From a virus: 64,000 nt of DNA. Below, one piece after another: positions 39,341-50,521 of the stretch (position 1 is its first letter; every line of letters starts with the position of its first letter). The notes below the pieces were generated by a model. It saw only the letters and a program-made list of their open reading frames with translations. It made no database searches and was not told where the DNA came from. A program made the position numbers and the translations under genes. The stretch lies in IMG/VR virus record IMGVR_UViG_3300050015_000600, positions 12,487 to 76,486 of that record. One strand, 5' to 3'.

Positions 39341-42300
39341 TTATTCCTGTTCTTTTTCTATGTATTCTATGTTCCCTTCCGCATCTTTTTTGATTGTAAA
39401 GAACGGATTGCTTTTTTGTTGTCCTTTTTTCTCCGGCTCTGCGATGCCTTTTAACTTCTTGTTCATTTTGTCCAAAGCGTAATAATAACCTTTCTCGTTT
39501 TCATTTTTATCCGATAGCGATGATTCGTTGCCGTCTTTATCTACTAACACGGGTTCATCAAATTTTATACTGCCGGCGTCTATGCCTAAATTGTATCTTT
39601 CCGCCGCAGTCTTCACAAGCTCAAAACTTGCTTTGCTTTGATAATACTCCGCCGCCCATTTAATAAGTTGCTTGGTATATGGTAATACTTTCTCATCTTT
39701 AATAGACGGCAGTTGCCCGTATCCGTGCGCCGCTGTCGCTACTTCGTCTTTGTGATTCTTAATATATTCCGTTATCATTAACTGACTATGCTGAATATAC
39801 GGAGTATATGCCATATCTATAAGTCCTGCCCCATTTTTCATGTCCTGCGCATGAGCTAACCAATCTTTGTCTTGTGTCATCTGTGCTATCAACGCACCTT
39901 TTTTTAATGTTGTTTTGTATGTCAACATAGGCGCGGTTGCTATATCTGTTAAGTATGTTATCTTTTGTTCTTCGTTTGTTAATGGATTTTTCGTATTAAA
40001 AGCAGTGTCCGAAATATCATATTCGTTCAAACTTTGTCCACCGAACATATCAGCGAAACCATCCGCAAAAGTGTATGGAATGTTTACTGTTTTGCCATTG
40101 ACAACCTTTTGTATAGGGTTCCCGTCTTTATCCATCTTTATTCCTGCTATAGCCTGTTTCGCTGTATGTATAGAATATTTCAATATCGTTGGCACGAAGA
40201 AACCTTCACTTGCCTTGCCAATAGCCTGCCATACGTTTCCGTCTTTATTTGCTTTATCAAAATCCTTGACGAATTTTTCAAATTGCCCTGGTAATACAGG
40301 TGTGAAATAACCATATACTCCCGCATTGTCTGATAGATTGACACCACTCAGCACGCTAAATATACTGTACTTTATTATTTTGTGAAATATACTATAAGCA
40401 TCCTCCGACATTCCCATCTCTAAAGCTATTTTTTTTGCTTCTTCTTCGTAATGCTCTAATTTCGTCTGTGCTGTAGCCGACCATTTGCCACCATTCATAA
40501 ATAGTTCACCGGTCGCAAGCATAGTTGTTATCTCTGTAACGCCTATTACGGCTCTCGCGCCACCTATCAAAGTTAATGTTCCTACTGTAGTCAATGCTCT
40601 GCCCGCACTTGTAAATAATGTCGCCGTCTTCTTTAATCCGCCATCTGTTAATTGGAAATCTATAATAGGTTTTCTAAATATCTGATACCAATTAAATGTT
40701 TGATTTAATGCCGGTTTAGTAAGTAACAATAATGGTCTTGTAAACATATTCCCAGCAATCAGTTTAGTTATCGGTGCTATATCATAATTGCCGTATTTGC
40801 CATGTGCTAAATCTGATGCTAAAGCACCCCTGAAGACTGCCTCGTCGAGCCAGTCTTGGACTTTGCTGAACCCGCTATTCTCAAATGAATTCTCTCTCAT
40901 CCAATAACCGGATGCTGTAGCCGCGGTAGCGGAACGCATATTTAACTCACCCAGCTTCATTGCGAAGAATGCTGTGTGTATAGCGTTGTCTATCCATCCT
41001 TGAGCACCTACGTTATGTACAGGATCAATCATGTAAATATCACTATGCAATTGATTCTCCCAAACGCGCTTAACAAGCTCGTGAGAGCTTATGTGCGGAT
41101 TACCTTCTATTGGATTAAATACTTTGCTTGGACGCGGTTTATTGGCCTCTATAGAGCCATATTTCGCCATTCCTCTCCATGCTCTCCCCGTGTTAGACAA
41201 AGAGTTTGCAAAGAAGTTCTTGCCATGACTGAATAAAGAACCGCCAATAATGTCTTTTGCTAAGGCTTGCCCTGCTAAACCCATTACTACGTTCTTCACC
41301 GGAGCACGGAAAGTAAAAAGCAATTTAAAAGCAGTACCCATTGCTAGCATTTGCGACACTTGTCCAAAGTCAACAGTAATACCTTTGAATATTCCTTTGT
41401 AATCACCCTTTTTGTCATCCCATTTGGCTGGCATTTCGTATTGCCCTGTCAAAAAGAACTTATTTGCCGGAACCGACGTACTATTTATTATTTGCTCCAA
41501 ATATGCATTGTAATTATTATTAATGCCTAATATATTTTGCGACTGCAATTGTTTTATAGCTTCGCCGTTCAAAGCATGCGAAGTTAAAGACGATTTAGCA
41601 TTGTCTATAGTTGACGTACCTGTGTCTATTACATATTGGTATATATCATGCGCGGACATCTCGTCTAAGTTTAATATTCTGAAGTTACCCGTGCGCTGGT
41701 TTATCGGTCTGCGTGTCATACTGCCAAATATAACATCGTATAGCCATTTGTTTCCATACGCAATTATGTTCTCTTTTTGCACTAACTCTTGCAGTCTTTT
41801 AATTTGTTTGTTATTCTCGTCAATATGTGCAGATATTTCAGGATCGCCGGTTTCTCCTAGTTCTATCATCGGGTCTTGCTCCGCTTCTAATGTTGTTATC
41901 ATTCCGGTGATTTCTTCAATGTCCTGCGTATCTATCGGTGTTTTTTTTGTCACTAATTTGATAGCCAATTGCTCGGCTTTTTGTTTGTTAGTTATATATT
42001 TTAACTTCTCTTTTGCTATATTACGGACATAGTACGAGCGCACCTCGCCGGTTTCTTTATTTTCCCAAAACCCTGTATTTGGTGTTTCCATAGGTGTAAA
42101 ACCATCACGCGTTAAATATCCTCGCGCTTTTTTATCAGCCGTAACACCGTTGTTATCGTATATTACACCTTTGTACGGCTCAGAGCCGTCTGCTGTTTGC
42201 CTAATAGATGTGCGTACATACTTACCTTCGGAATTTAATTCTACCGTTCGTATGATTGCTATATTATATTTCCCTTGCGACACCGTGCCTACTACGTTTT

Positions 42301-45300
42301 GGTATGGATTGTTTGCCATATCGTCTATACGCTCTATGTTGCGCAACCCTTCATTCAATTCTAATAAATCACGCCTGCCGGATAGTATCATCTTTTTTGT
42401 AACTTTTATATCCGCTTGTATGTCGTCTATCTTTTGAGTATTATTGGTTCTTTTTGCTTCTCTTTGGTCATTACGTATTGCGCGTAAGTATTCCGAATAT
42501 TTATCCAATTCTTCATTTAACTTAGATTTTGCAGCAGATAGCTCTTTTTTCATTTCCGGTAATTTTGCATACGGTACGTCAAGTAATCTCCAGCTCTCCG
42601 CTTCCATTGTAACATTTTGCAAAGCACGCTGGTAAGCATCGTACAACGGTTTTTTTAACATTAAAACACCTATTTGCGCCTCTGTTAATGATTCGCCGTC
42701 AACCTTTGTGTTCCGTAGTATGTTAGCCTGCCCCTCAGGACTGTTTAATTCTGATATGAGTTTATTTGTCGCTTCTGTTCCGGTTAATACCGCGCCATCC
42801 TCGAGTGTGTATGTTTGCGGTCTAAATGATAAATCTCTCAACTTGCGTAAATATTCAACATAACCGTTGCTCAAAAATGCCATTTCCTTTTTACCTGATG
42901 TCTCCATCGCGCCTAATGCTTTTGAACCTACGGTTTTTGTACCTGTTGCTTTGATTAAAGCATGATAAGCCTCGTCAACCTTTTCGACTACGGGTGTTAA
43001 TTTGTTTAGTGATACATCTATGCTCCTATAAAGTTTACTTGGCATAGGTAAATCAAACAATCCTTGATTTACTTCATATTGTGCATATTGCGGGTATCCA
43101 GCTGTTATAGAAAACTCTCGTGCCGCTACACCAGGAAAAGCGTCAAATATCGTTGTGCCTACCGCTGTTTGTAATTTATCTAATTTCTTTGCCGTTGCTA
43201 CCACACTTTCAAAATTCGGCGCGCCAATACTTTCAGGATGTTGTGCCGCGGATGACATAGCAATATCATTTGGTATAGTTGTCCTGCCGTATTTGTATTT
43301 TGATTGCATAACTCTACCTTTTATGAAGCTATACGCCATACCGCCAACTATCAAAGCACCAAGTCCTATTATTGCTACCCCGCCTATGCTGGCTTCATTT
43401 GTACCATCGTCATTACCATACAATTCATCTAATATACCCGCCGTCATTAATCCTATGCCGGCCATAGATTGTACATTATTAGCGTATATAAGCGATTCTC
43501 CGGCGAAGGCTACAGCCAAGCGGTCTTCTACCCATTCGTTAAAAGGCTGTACAGGCTCTACTTTTTCGTCAACGTTATTAGCATACTTCTTCCAATCTTT
43601 TAACCATTGCGGGTTCTCTGCTATTATCTGCGCTTTCACAGCTTCTTGGTCGCCGCGCATCCATGTATTAAGTTTCTCTACACTCCAACTTTTTGGTACG
43701 TCCGAAACAATTGGCTTCTTCTTCGCCTTTGGCTTCTTCGTTTCCTTTGCTACTTCCGCCTCAGCTTGCACGGCTAATTCTTCTTCCGTAGGCGGTGGTG
43801 CGTCCTCTAACATGTTATTGTCTTTAATAACCAATACTTCTTCGTCGTAATTTTTTGCCATGGATTTAATATTACTACGAACCTGTTCCCCCTTGCTGCG
43901 TATTTCCGCATCTGTTGAATTTGCAAACAATGGGCGAAGGAAAGTCATATATTTCTCATCCGACTTGCTTGGCTTCTTTTGTGCTACGATATACAACGCT
44001 TTGTCTATATCGCTTTCAAACTCTAATTTGAATAGATTTTCACCATATCCGTACCTTGGCTTTGCTCCGGTTAGTTCAGTAGATAATTTCTTGCCTTTTT
44101 GGTTTACAATAGCAGGTTCCTCTGCTTTAACCTCCGGCGCAGGAACCGCACTGTTATCTGTAGGTAAGGCTTCAGGCTTGGCGATAATTGAAGGTGCCGT
44201 ATTCTCTACAGCGGTCATTTGAGCCACAGTAGTCGCCGCTGTGCGTATTTTAGCGTCCGCGTCTATTTCTATGTTGTTTAAAGTCGAAGGCACCGCCTTG
44301 CCGTCTGTACCGGCAAAAGTATCCTTAGAATAAAAATCAAACAAAGCGTCTTCAATCTTTTTACTACCCGCAATACTATACATACCGATAGTTTTCTCTA
44401 ACCAATTATCGGGAAATGTATTCTGTATGCGCGTCCTAACAAAATCAGTAACGTTTTTAAGTTCTACCTGAGCGACAAATTCCTCCGCTTTAGTGACCGA
44501 TTCGCCATTGATTATTTTGTCGTGTATGGAACCATCAAAGCCGTCTTTTATAGTAGCCGATATTGGCAGATTATCCATATTAAGCATATTAAATACTTTT
44601 ACGATAGGTACTTTCTCGCCAAATATCTGCGTAGCCGCTAATTGCGCTTGATGAGCAAACTCTATCTTAGCCTTTGTGTCTTTAGCTTTTGGCGCATCGC
44701 CTTCTTTTACAGCACTTAAATCCGTATCTTTGAAGCCTGCTACCCATTCCTTGCCTAGCTTACCTCCAGGTTTCATACCATCTGCATTTATCTTTGTCAC
44801 CATCTCTTGTATAGCCGGTACATCAGGCTTAGTTTCTACCGCTACGGGTGCCGGAAGATTGCCTGCTTTAACTGTTTCAGCTATGCGCTCTACAGCATTC
44901 TTAGCTTGCACAGGCGCGTTTTTAGCTATATCAACAATATCCCTATTGCTAATTATAATATTACCATTTGCTTTTGGCACGTCAGCCAATTTAGTATCTA
45001 ACTCCGCATCCCCAGTAGGTTTGTAAGGTATAGCAGATACACCGTCTAAATCTATTTTGTTTTCTATTATCCATTTTGAACGATTTTGAAACGTCGGTGC
45101 ATATTTATTGATAAAAGCCGGCACTTGTGCCGCTAAATGGAACCCTATTCCTGCCGCGGCTGTCAAACCCGCTACTTTAGCACTTTCTGTAGCCGCTTGC
45201 TGGTCACTCCCGCCGTTATCTTTAATCATTTTATACGTAGCACCGCCAACACTTGCCATGTTGGTTGCTTGTTCTGCAACAAAAGCCTTTAAAGCAGGAT

Positions 45301-46474
45301 TCGCAGTGACATTTTTTAGGATATAATTACCTATAACAGGACTAACCATATTCCCCGCACCATATATTGCCATCAAAGCCGGAGCTTGCGCGCTGTCTAT
45401 ATATCCTTTATTTACCATGTTTTCGACTTGCACAAAGTCAACACCGTTCTGTACGCTTGCTTGTATGATACCGCGTAAAACAGGCGACGCTTCTCTGAAA
45501 TAACCGCCTAAACTACTGCCTGCAAAAAGCGAAGTCGCTAAATCACCTACCATTTCGCCTTGCTGACCTATCGTCTGTTGCCCTAATGGATAGTCGGGCG
45601 ATTTACCTGTAAAATACCTTGCTCCGGTACCTAATAAACCTGTTGCAAACGTTTCCGCCTTTGAAGTTGGTCTATTAAACGAGTTTGGTGCCACTCCTGT
45701 TGGTGGAATATACATAGACGAAGTTCCGTGCATAGCCATTCCACCCGCATTTGTCCAGCTATTCAACGCTACCGGTTGGAAGCTACCATCTTTTTGCGAA
45801 TGCGCTATCGGATAAGGCTCCCATTTGCCATTATTAGCCCTATGCAAGCCTCCGGCTTCATCTAAATGCAACGTGTTATCTTTTATGCCCTGTTGTACTA
45901 TCGCTGGGTCTAAGGGCTTTCCTGCCGGATATAATGCTTCAGGGTCTGCTATATTAGCTGCTCTTTTGCCTGTGCCTTGTGTTTGAGCCATCAGTAATTT
46001 ACGCTCGGCTTCTTTCACTTTATCTATCTTTTGTTCTTCAATAGACTTTGGCATTGTAGCAGGTTGGTTTTGATATTGCTGTTTCGCTTCTGCTTGGTAC
46101 GCCGCACCCTGTAAATTCTCTTGTAGAGTCTTGCTTTGTGTTATTTGCGCTTGGTCAAGCGTCGGCTTCTTACCCGTCTTGTCCAGCATGGCGCGCACAG
46201 GGTCAACCTTAGGCGTAACTGGTGCTGTCGCTACCGTGCCTGCGTTCTGTGACTTCTGCAAAGGTGCTGTGTATGGTGCTTGCGTTACATTGCCATAGCT
46301 CGGATTAAGATATGTCCCTTGCGTGTTAGAAGAAGAAGGCGTAGGTTGTACGCCTTGCTCTTTAGCGTTAAGTGAATCAATAATAGCATTTGCTTTTTCG
46401 TATTCGTATTTGCCTACACCATATTTTAATTGGTCAACATCCGATACTTGTCCTGGTTTTATTAATGGTATCAT
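39341..46474 (-). CDS. large internal virion / DNA ejection protein (2377 aa)
   Basis: Last and largest of four Gln/Ala/Gly-rich genes; hydrophobic Gly-rich helices; podovirus core-protein position. Confidence 0.7.
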   Translation of the reverse strand: MIPLIKPGQVSDVDQLKYGVGKYEYEKANAIIDSLNAKEQGVQPTPSSSNTQGTYLNPSYGNVTQAPYTAPLQKSQNAGTVATAPVTPKVDPVRAMLDKTGKKPTLDQAQITQSKTLQENLQGAAYQAEAKQQYQNQPATMPKSIEEQKIDKVKEAERKLLMAQTQGTGKRAANIADPEALYPAGKPLDPAIVQQGIKDNTLHLDEAGGLHRANNGKWEPYPIAHSQKDGSFQPVALNSWTNAGGMAMHGTSSMYIPPTGVAPNSFNRPTSKAETFATGLLGTGARYFTGKSPDYPLGQQTIGQQGEMVGDLATSLFAGSSLGGYFREASPVLRGIIQASVQNGVDFVQVENMVNKGYIDSAQAPALMAIYGAGNMVSPVIGNYILKNVTANPALKAFVAEQATNMASVGGATYKMIKDNGGSDQQAATESAKVAGLTAAAGIGFHLAAQVPAFINKYAPTFQNRSKWIIENKIDLDGVSAIPYKPTGDAELDTKLADVPKANGNIIISNRDIVDIAKNAPVQAKNAVERIAETVKAGNLPAPVAVETKPDVPAIQEMVTKINADGMKPGGKLGKEWVAGFKDTDLSAVKEGDAPKAKDTKAKIEFAHQAQLAATQIFGEKVPIVKVFNMLNMDNLPISATIKDGFDGSIHDKIINGESVTKAEEFVAQVELKNVTDFVRTRIQNTFPDNWLEKTIGMYSIAGSKKIEDALFDFYSKDTFAGTDGKAVPSTLNNIEIDADAKIRTAATTVAQMTAVENTAPSIIAKPEALPTDNSAVPAPEVKAEEPAIVNQKGKKLSTELTGAKPRYGYGENLFKLEFESDIDKALYIVAQKKPSKSDEKYMTFLRPLFANSTDAEIRSKGEQVRSNIKSMAKNYDEEVLVIKDNNMLEDAPPPTEEELAVQAEAEVAKETKKPKAKKKPIVSDVPKSWSVEKLNTWMRGDQEAVKAQIIAENPQWLKDWKKYANNVDEKVEPVQPFNEWVEDRLAVAFAGESLIYANNVQSMAGIGLMTAGILDELYGNDDGTNEASIGGVAIIGLGALIVGGMAYSFIKGRVMQSKYKYGRTTIPNDIAMSSAAQHPESIGAPNFESVVATAKKLDKLQTAVGTTIFDAFPGVAAREFSITAGYPQYAQYEVNQGLFDLPMPSKLYRSIDVSLNKLTPVVEKVDEAYHALIKATGTKTVGSKALGAMETSGKKEMAFLSNGYVEYLRKLRDLSFRPQTYTLEDGAVLTGTEATNKLISELNSPEGQANILRNTKVDGESLTEAQIGVLMLKKPLYDAYQRALQNVTMEAESWRLLDVPYAKLPEMKKELSAAKSKLNEELDKYSEYLRAIRNDQREAKRTNNTQKIDDIQADIKVTKKMILSGRRDLLELNEGLRNIERIDDMANNPYQNVVGTVSQGKYNIAIIRTVELNSEGKYVRTSIRQTADGSEPYKGVIYDNNGVTADKKARGYLTRDGFTPMETPNTGFWENKETGEVRSYYVRNIAKEKLKYITNKQKAEQLAIKLVTKKTPIDTQDIEEITGMITTLEAEQDPMIELGETGDPEISAHIDENNKQIKRLQELVQKENIIAYGNKWLYDVIFGSMTRRPINQRTGNFRILNLDEMSAHDIYQYVIDTGTSTIDNAKSSLTSHALNGEAIKQLQSQNILGINNNYNAYLEQIINSTSVPANKFFLTGQYEMPAKWDDKKGDYKGIFKGITVDFGQVSQMLAMGTAFKLLFTFRAPVKNVVMGLAGQALAKDIIGGSLFSHGKNFFANSLSNTGRAWRGMAKYGSIEANKPRPSKVFNPIEGNPHISSHELVKRVWENQLHSDIYMIDPVHNVGAQGWIDNAIHTAFFAMKLGELNMRSATAATASGYWMRENSFENSGFSKVQDWLDEAVFRGALASDLAHGKYGNYDIAPITKLIAGNMFTRPLLLLTKPALNQTFNWYQIFRKPIIDFQLTDGGLKKTATLFTSAGRALTTVGTLTLIGGARAVIGVTEITTMLATGELFMNGGKWSATAQTKLEHYEEEAKKIALEMGMSEDAYSIFHKIIKYSIFSVLSGVNLSDNAGVYGYFTPVLPGQFEKFVKDFDKANKDGNVWQAIGKASEGFFVPTILKYSIHTAKQAIAGIKMDKDGNPIQKVVNGKTVNIPYTFADGFADMFGGQSLNEYDISDTAFNTKNPLTNEEQKITYLTDIATAPMLTYKTTLKKGALIAQMTQDKDWLAHAQDMKNGAGLIDMAYTPYIQHSQLMITEYIKNHKDEVATAAHGYGQLPSIKDEKVLPYTKQLIKWAAEYYQSKASFELVKTAAERYNLGIDAGSIKFDEPVLVDKDGNESSLSDKNENEKGYYYALDKMNKKLKGIAEPEKKGQQKSNPFFTIKKDAEGNIEYIEKEQE

Positions 46475-46479
46475 AATAA

Positions 46480-48288
46480 TTATTTATCCCGTTGTAAATA
46501 CGAACTTGTAATAAGTGCACCAATGTTGTAATAATAATCTGTATATGCCGCTTTGTCTTTATACGGAGCTTTGACATTCTGTACAAAGTCCGGCACTGCT
46601 ACCAACCCTGCTTTAACGGCGCGCTCTCCAACTTGTTGCAAAAACGCATGACCGGAATCTTTATCTGTCATCTGCCCTGTTTTTACTTTTAACGCGTTAG
46701 CATTAATACGTAAACTTTCTTTCATTTCTTCGAACTTGTCATTACTGTAATACGGCAAGAATCCTTCATCTGACTTGACGTTGCCATCAGCGTCTTTGTA
46801 TGTCATTTGTATCGGCACCCACGGCACGTTATGCGAAGCAGGATTTTTGCCATGGTCTCGCATTGCTGCTTGGATTCTTTGATTTGGATATGACGTTGTT
46901 TTGTCTATAACGTTTTTCTTCATTTTTGTATAATCCGAATCACCATACAATATACTCATTATAGCTTTTTGAGCAGTGTACAAATCATCAACATTGTTGT
47001 TTCCGATTTTACCACTAAACAAATTTACTATACTAATATCTTTCGCCGCAGATTGTGCGTCACCAACAGTTAATGGATTTACCTTTTGTCCCGCGCCGTT
47101 CTTAATCCACCATTTATTACCTGTCAGCGCATTAGCATTAAGGAATCCAACGTCTCCTAAACCTTCGTGTGTCAAGCCTTTGGTATATTTTTTATACGTT
47201 CCTGTTACTTTGCCTAAGTCGTCTTGTACATTTACTACCGTTCCGTCTATACCTGTTAAATCTACGCCAGTGATTCGTTGTTGTGCTCCACCGCCTGGTG
47301 TTTTGGCTGGTTTATTATAAGCACTTACTCCGATCTTTATTGTATCGTCGCCTACTGCTTCGTATTTTGGCGGTTTTGGCTCTCCGATTTGTGGCAAAGG
47401 TTCCGAGAAAGATGGTATTTGTGCTACCGTCCCTCTGCGTCCGCCCATTTCTTTATCCCATACCGTTCTTCCCCAGTCTAGTTGACCTTCTATTTTGCCC
47501 TGGCGCGCTTTATCCGCTATAATTGCCGCTTCTGCCGTATTCCCAGGCGATGTAGTGAGTTCTGCCGAGAATCCCATCCCGCCACGACGATTGTTTTCTT
47601 CTTGCACCCGCTGCAATTCTTTGTTATATCCAGCTTTTAATTCACCATTATATGCCGAATTTGAACCAGGCTTTAAAGCGTAAAATTCATATTTTGACCA
47701 TACACCTTGATTAGCACCTCGCGATTTGATTTCTAAATCATTGACATACGCACCTATATCTTGTGCCGCTCCAATGGTTTTGAATCTATTATCTGTTGGG
47801 CTTACTGTCAATCCTCTTTTATTAGCTTCGTCGTATATTTCCGTCATGCTTGGCTTTATATCTTTCTCTGCCATCAGCTTCGCTAGAAATGATTTTTGTT
47901 TATCTATTATATCGCCGTCTTTGTCAGATTTTAATTTCTGGTAATTAGGGTCGGTCAATGCTATTTGATATGCCCGATCTGCATATTTATTGAATACCGG
48001 TGCAAACCATTTATTATTTTCTACTTTGACGGGATTAACTGCCGGTGTTGTCGGCGCACTGTTTCCTCCGCCTGCCCTGCCTGCCGATAGCGTCGCATCC
48101 ATTTTAATGCGCTTTTCCAACATGTCTTTTATATTAGTTTCGACAGGTCTGCGCGAATCAAAACGTACTTCGTTAGGGTCTTGGTCTTCTAAAGTTTGTA
48201 TGTCGCTACCGCCTGTTTGGCTTTGCATATTGCTTAATCTGCTTTGACCCATATATGTGTTTAATAAACCCTGCGTGTTATTTATCAT
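46480..48288 (-). CDS. internal virion/ejection protein
   Basis: Position and composition. Confidence 0.55.
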   Translation of the reverse strand: MINNTQGLLNTYMGQSRLSNMQSQTGGSDIQTLEDQDPNEVRFDSRRPVETNIKDMLEKRIKMDATLSAGRAGGGNSAPTTPAVNPVKVENNKWFAPVFNKYADRAYQIALTDPNYQKLKSDKDGDIIDKQKSFLAKLMAEKDIKPSMTEIYDEANKRGLTVSPTDNRFKTIGAAQDIGAYVNDLEIKSRGANQGVWSKYEFYALKPGSNSAYNGELKAGYNKELQRVQEENNRRGGMGFSAELTTSPGNTAEAAIIADKARQGKIEGQLDWGRTVWDKEMGGRRGTVAQIPSFSEPLPQIGEPKPPKYEAVGDDTIKIGVSAYNKPAKTPGGGAQQRITGVDLTGIDGTVVNVQDDLGKVTGTYKKYTKGLTHEGLGDVGFLNANALTGNKWWIKNGAGQKVNPLTVGDAQSAAKDISIVNLFSGKIGNNNVDDLYTAQKAIMSILYGDSDYTKMKKNVIDKTTSYPNQRIQAAMRDHGKNPASHNVPWVPIQMTYKDADGNVKSDEGFLPYYSNDKFEEMKESLRINANALKVKTGQMTDKDSGHAFLQQVGERAVKAGLVAVPDFVQNVKAPYKDKAAYTDYYYNIGALITSSYLQRDK

Positions 48289-49034
48289 TATGCGCTCCCT
48301 TTTTTCTTCTGCGGTCTTGTCGAATGCGGTTTTGAACTATCACTGTAAGGCGGTCGAGAAGAATTATCGCTAAATTGCGTACCATTAGATTTACTCGCTA
48401 TTTGGTCAAACACGTTATTATTCCAACTTGGGTCATAAGCGTTATTTCCTGTTATGTTAGGCACGTCGTTTTCTCCCATGTCTCTTTGCATTAGCGGCGT
48501 CGTGTCGGGATTTGTTATCTGGTCAAATATATTCCCTACTCTTGCAGGTTGCGGAGGTGGTTCATAAGCTGGCAGATTATTAAACGGAGTACCGTTATTC
48601 GGTACCGAAGGTTGTGGCGGTGGTTCTGCCGGCAACTGTTCGTTAGCACCTAATGTTTTATAATATTGATTGGGTGCTGTATATTCCCCCGTCGCTCTAT
48701 CGCCAGCTATCCATGCCGTAGGTGTTGGGTCTAAATATCGTCTGCTTGTCATATTTTGTTCATCTCTAATATTCCCATCTATTTCGTTTGCTATGCCAGC
48801 ATAGCCATCCCTGCCAGCTTGTCTTGTTTTCTCGTCAGGGCTTCGCATCATTGATTCTAACAATGGCATAGTCGTGTTTAATTTTTGCATAGCCATCAAA
48901 GAGCGGTGTTTTGCTAAATCAGCTACTTGCGATTGTTGGTGTTTCGCAAAATCCTGTATCCTGCTATACACATTATTTGCATATTGCAAACCATCTTCGA
49001 AACCTCTCGCGTTGTCTAAAACTGTTATTGGCAT
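48288..49034 (-). CDS. internal virion/ejection protein
   Basis: Position; Pro/Asn/Gln-rich tail. Confidence 0.5.
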   Translation of the reverse strand: MPITVLDNARGFEDGLQYANNVYSRIQDFAKHQQSQVADLAKHRSLMAMQKLNTTMPLLESMMRSPDEKTRQAGRDGYAGIANEIDGNIRDEQNMTSRRYLDPTPTAWIAGDRATGEYTAPNQYYKTLGANEQLPAEPPPQPSVPNNGTPFNNLPAYEPPPQPARVGNIFDQITNPDTTPLMQRDMGENDVPNITGNNAYDPSWNNNVFDQIASKSNGTQFSDNSSRPPYSDSSKPHSTRPQKKKGSA

Positions 49035-49035
49035 T

Positions 49036-49920
49036 TTATTTTACTCCATAATTTGATTTGTCCCATCCAGCGGCATTAAACAACCCGCCGTTCGCCCAAC
49101 CATTAACAATTGGATTTGTTGATTCAGGCTGTTGTTTTTGCATTAACACATTTGGTTGCATCACATTCTCTTGTATCTTTCCAGCCAATCCTCCGCCCAA
49201 GCTATTAGCAAAAGCTCCTACCGTCTGGAACGGATTGTTTATCAAGCTGTCCTGCGAACCCTGCGCCGTACTGCTGACTGTCTGCGCTGCCAAGCCTTCC
49301 ATATTCTGAAATTGGTTCATATAAGGAACTACATCGCGTTGGTATTGCTGTGCTAATCCTTGTTGATAAGCCTGTCCACCCTGCATACGCATGTCTTGTC
49401 CCATACCTGCCGCTCTAACAGCTTGTTGTCCTATCTGCTCATTGCTTTGCAAATTACTCTGTGCTGTCTGTTCACCGATACCGCGTGTTACATCGTTCAT
49501 AGCACGTGCGTTACCGCCTGTCATCCCTGCCATGTCGCCTATCTGTGTCTGTGTTCTATTCTGTTGTATCTGTCTCATTCTTCTTTCTGCTTCTGTACGT
49601 TGGCCTAACGTATCCTGCATCTCGCCTGCCATTCTATTTGCAGTAGCTCTGTCTTGTACTAAACTCGCATCCGGTGCGAAGCCACCTTCTGCTTTCTGAT
49701 AACCTACCCGTGCAGCATTGCCTTTTTGTCCTGCCGCGTTAGTGTTTATCAAGAAGTTCGGTGCCGCTTCCGCTGCCATGTCTAACGCTTTTTGCTCTGC
49801 ATCTCTTTGGCTTGTTGCCTGCCCACCTACCTGCGAAAGCCCTAACTTATTACCTAAGTAATTTATCCCTCCGCCAAGCAATGAACTGCCCGCTCCTATT
49901 GCTATTGTCAATGGATCCAT
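49036..49920 (-). CDS. internal virion protein (P22 gp7/T7 gp14-like)
   Basis: MDPLTIAIGAGSSLLGGG N-terminus; Q/A/G/M-rich helices. Confidence 0.65.
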   Translation of the reverse strand: MDPLTIAIGAGSSLLGGGINYLGNKLGLSQVGGQATSQRDAEQKALDMAAEAAPNFLINTNAAGQKGNAARVGYQKAEGGFAPDASLVQDRATANRMAGEMQDTLGQRTEAERRMRQIQQNRTQTQIGDMAGMTGGNARAMNDVTRGIGEQTAQSNLQSNEQIGQQAVRAAGMGQDMRMQGGQAYQQGLAQQYQRDVVPYMNQFQNMEGLAAQTVSSTAQGSQDSLINNPFQTVGAFANSLGGGLAGKIQENVMQPNVLMQKQQPESTNPIVNGWANGGLFNAAGWDKSNYGVK

Positions 49921-49956
49921 CTATACTCTCCCCTTATGATTAATTAATCTCTAAAT

Positions 49957-49995
49957 TCATTTCTTTCCGCCTTTGCATCCGCCTTTCTTGCTCAT
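49957..49995 (-). CDS. 12-aa basic micropeptide MSKKGGCKGGKK
   Basis: ATGA overlap with the upstream stop. Confidence 0.4.
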   Translation of the reverse strand: MSKKGGCKGGKK

Positions 49996-50519
49996 TTTAT
50001 CGCCTTCATGATTAATATAGTTGTCAAAATTCCTACAGCAGTCCCTCCACCGAAGTACCACCAAGGGCTTATCGTCTTTTTTGTATTTGCCATCGTGTTC
50101 GTTGTATTGCTAATCTGTATATAATCCGTCGTTCCTTTTAGCTTATAATCAAACAAATTCTCAGGGTACCTGTAACACACCTGCAAAGTATCAAAACCTT
50201 TCGCTCTCGGCAGAATAGTATCTAAACAGGACACTATATTCGGTCTTTCTGTTATAACAAGAGTATCCGGTTTTGTAGTATCGCCTGCAAGTATAAAAAA
50301 GGTGTCTCTAACGCTCGTAGTAACGATTTTACCAGGCTTGGTGAATGTTATTGTATCTCGCAGAGAAATCGTCACTGTGTCGATTTTTGTTTGAATTATC
50401 GGCGGTAATTTCCCGCTCGATTTATAGCCGAAATAATATCCGCTCCCGAATATTCCACAGAGTAATAATATTATTACAGCTATTACTATCAATGTCGTTT
50501 TCATATTAATGTTCTTCAT
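49992..50519 (-). CDS. membrane protein, putative spanin
   Basis: N- and C-terminal hydrophobic segments; repeated DT motifs. Confidence 0.45.
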   Translation of the reverse strand: MKNINMKTTLIVIAVIILLLCGIFGSGYYFGYKSSGKLPPIIQTKIDTVTISLRDTITFTKPGKIVTTSVRDTFFILAGDTTKPDTLVITERPNIVSCLDTILPRAKGFDTLQVCYRYPENLFDYKLKGTTDYIQISNTTNTMANTKKTISPWWYFGGGTAVGILTTILIMKAIK

Positions 50520-50521
50520 CG

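Noticed and set aside
39341-46474. crAss- or N4-like virion RNA polymerase
   Set aside because: No DxDxD catalytic motif seen; composition fits an ejection protein; early genes have host-type promoters
39867-49943. Many plus-strand ORFs of 60-230 aa
   Set aside because: Antisense shadows of long minus-strand genes with no SD or motifs; the same applies to 1643-6519 and 17993-18697
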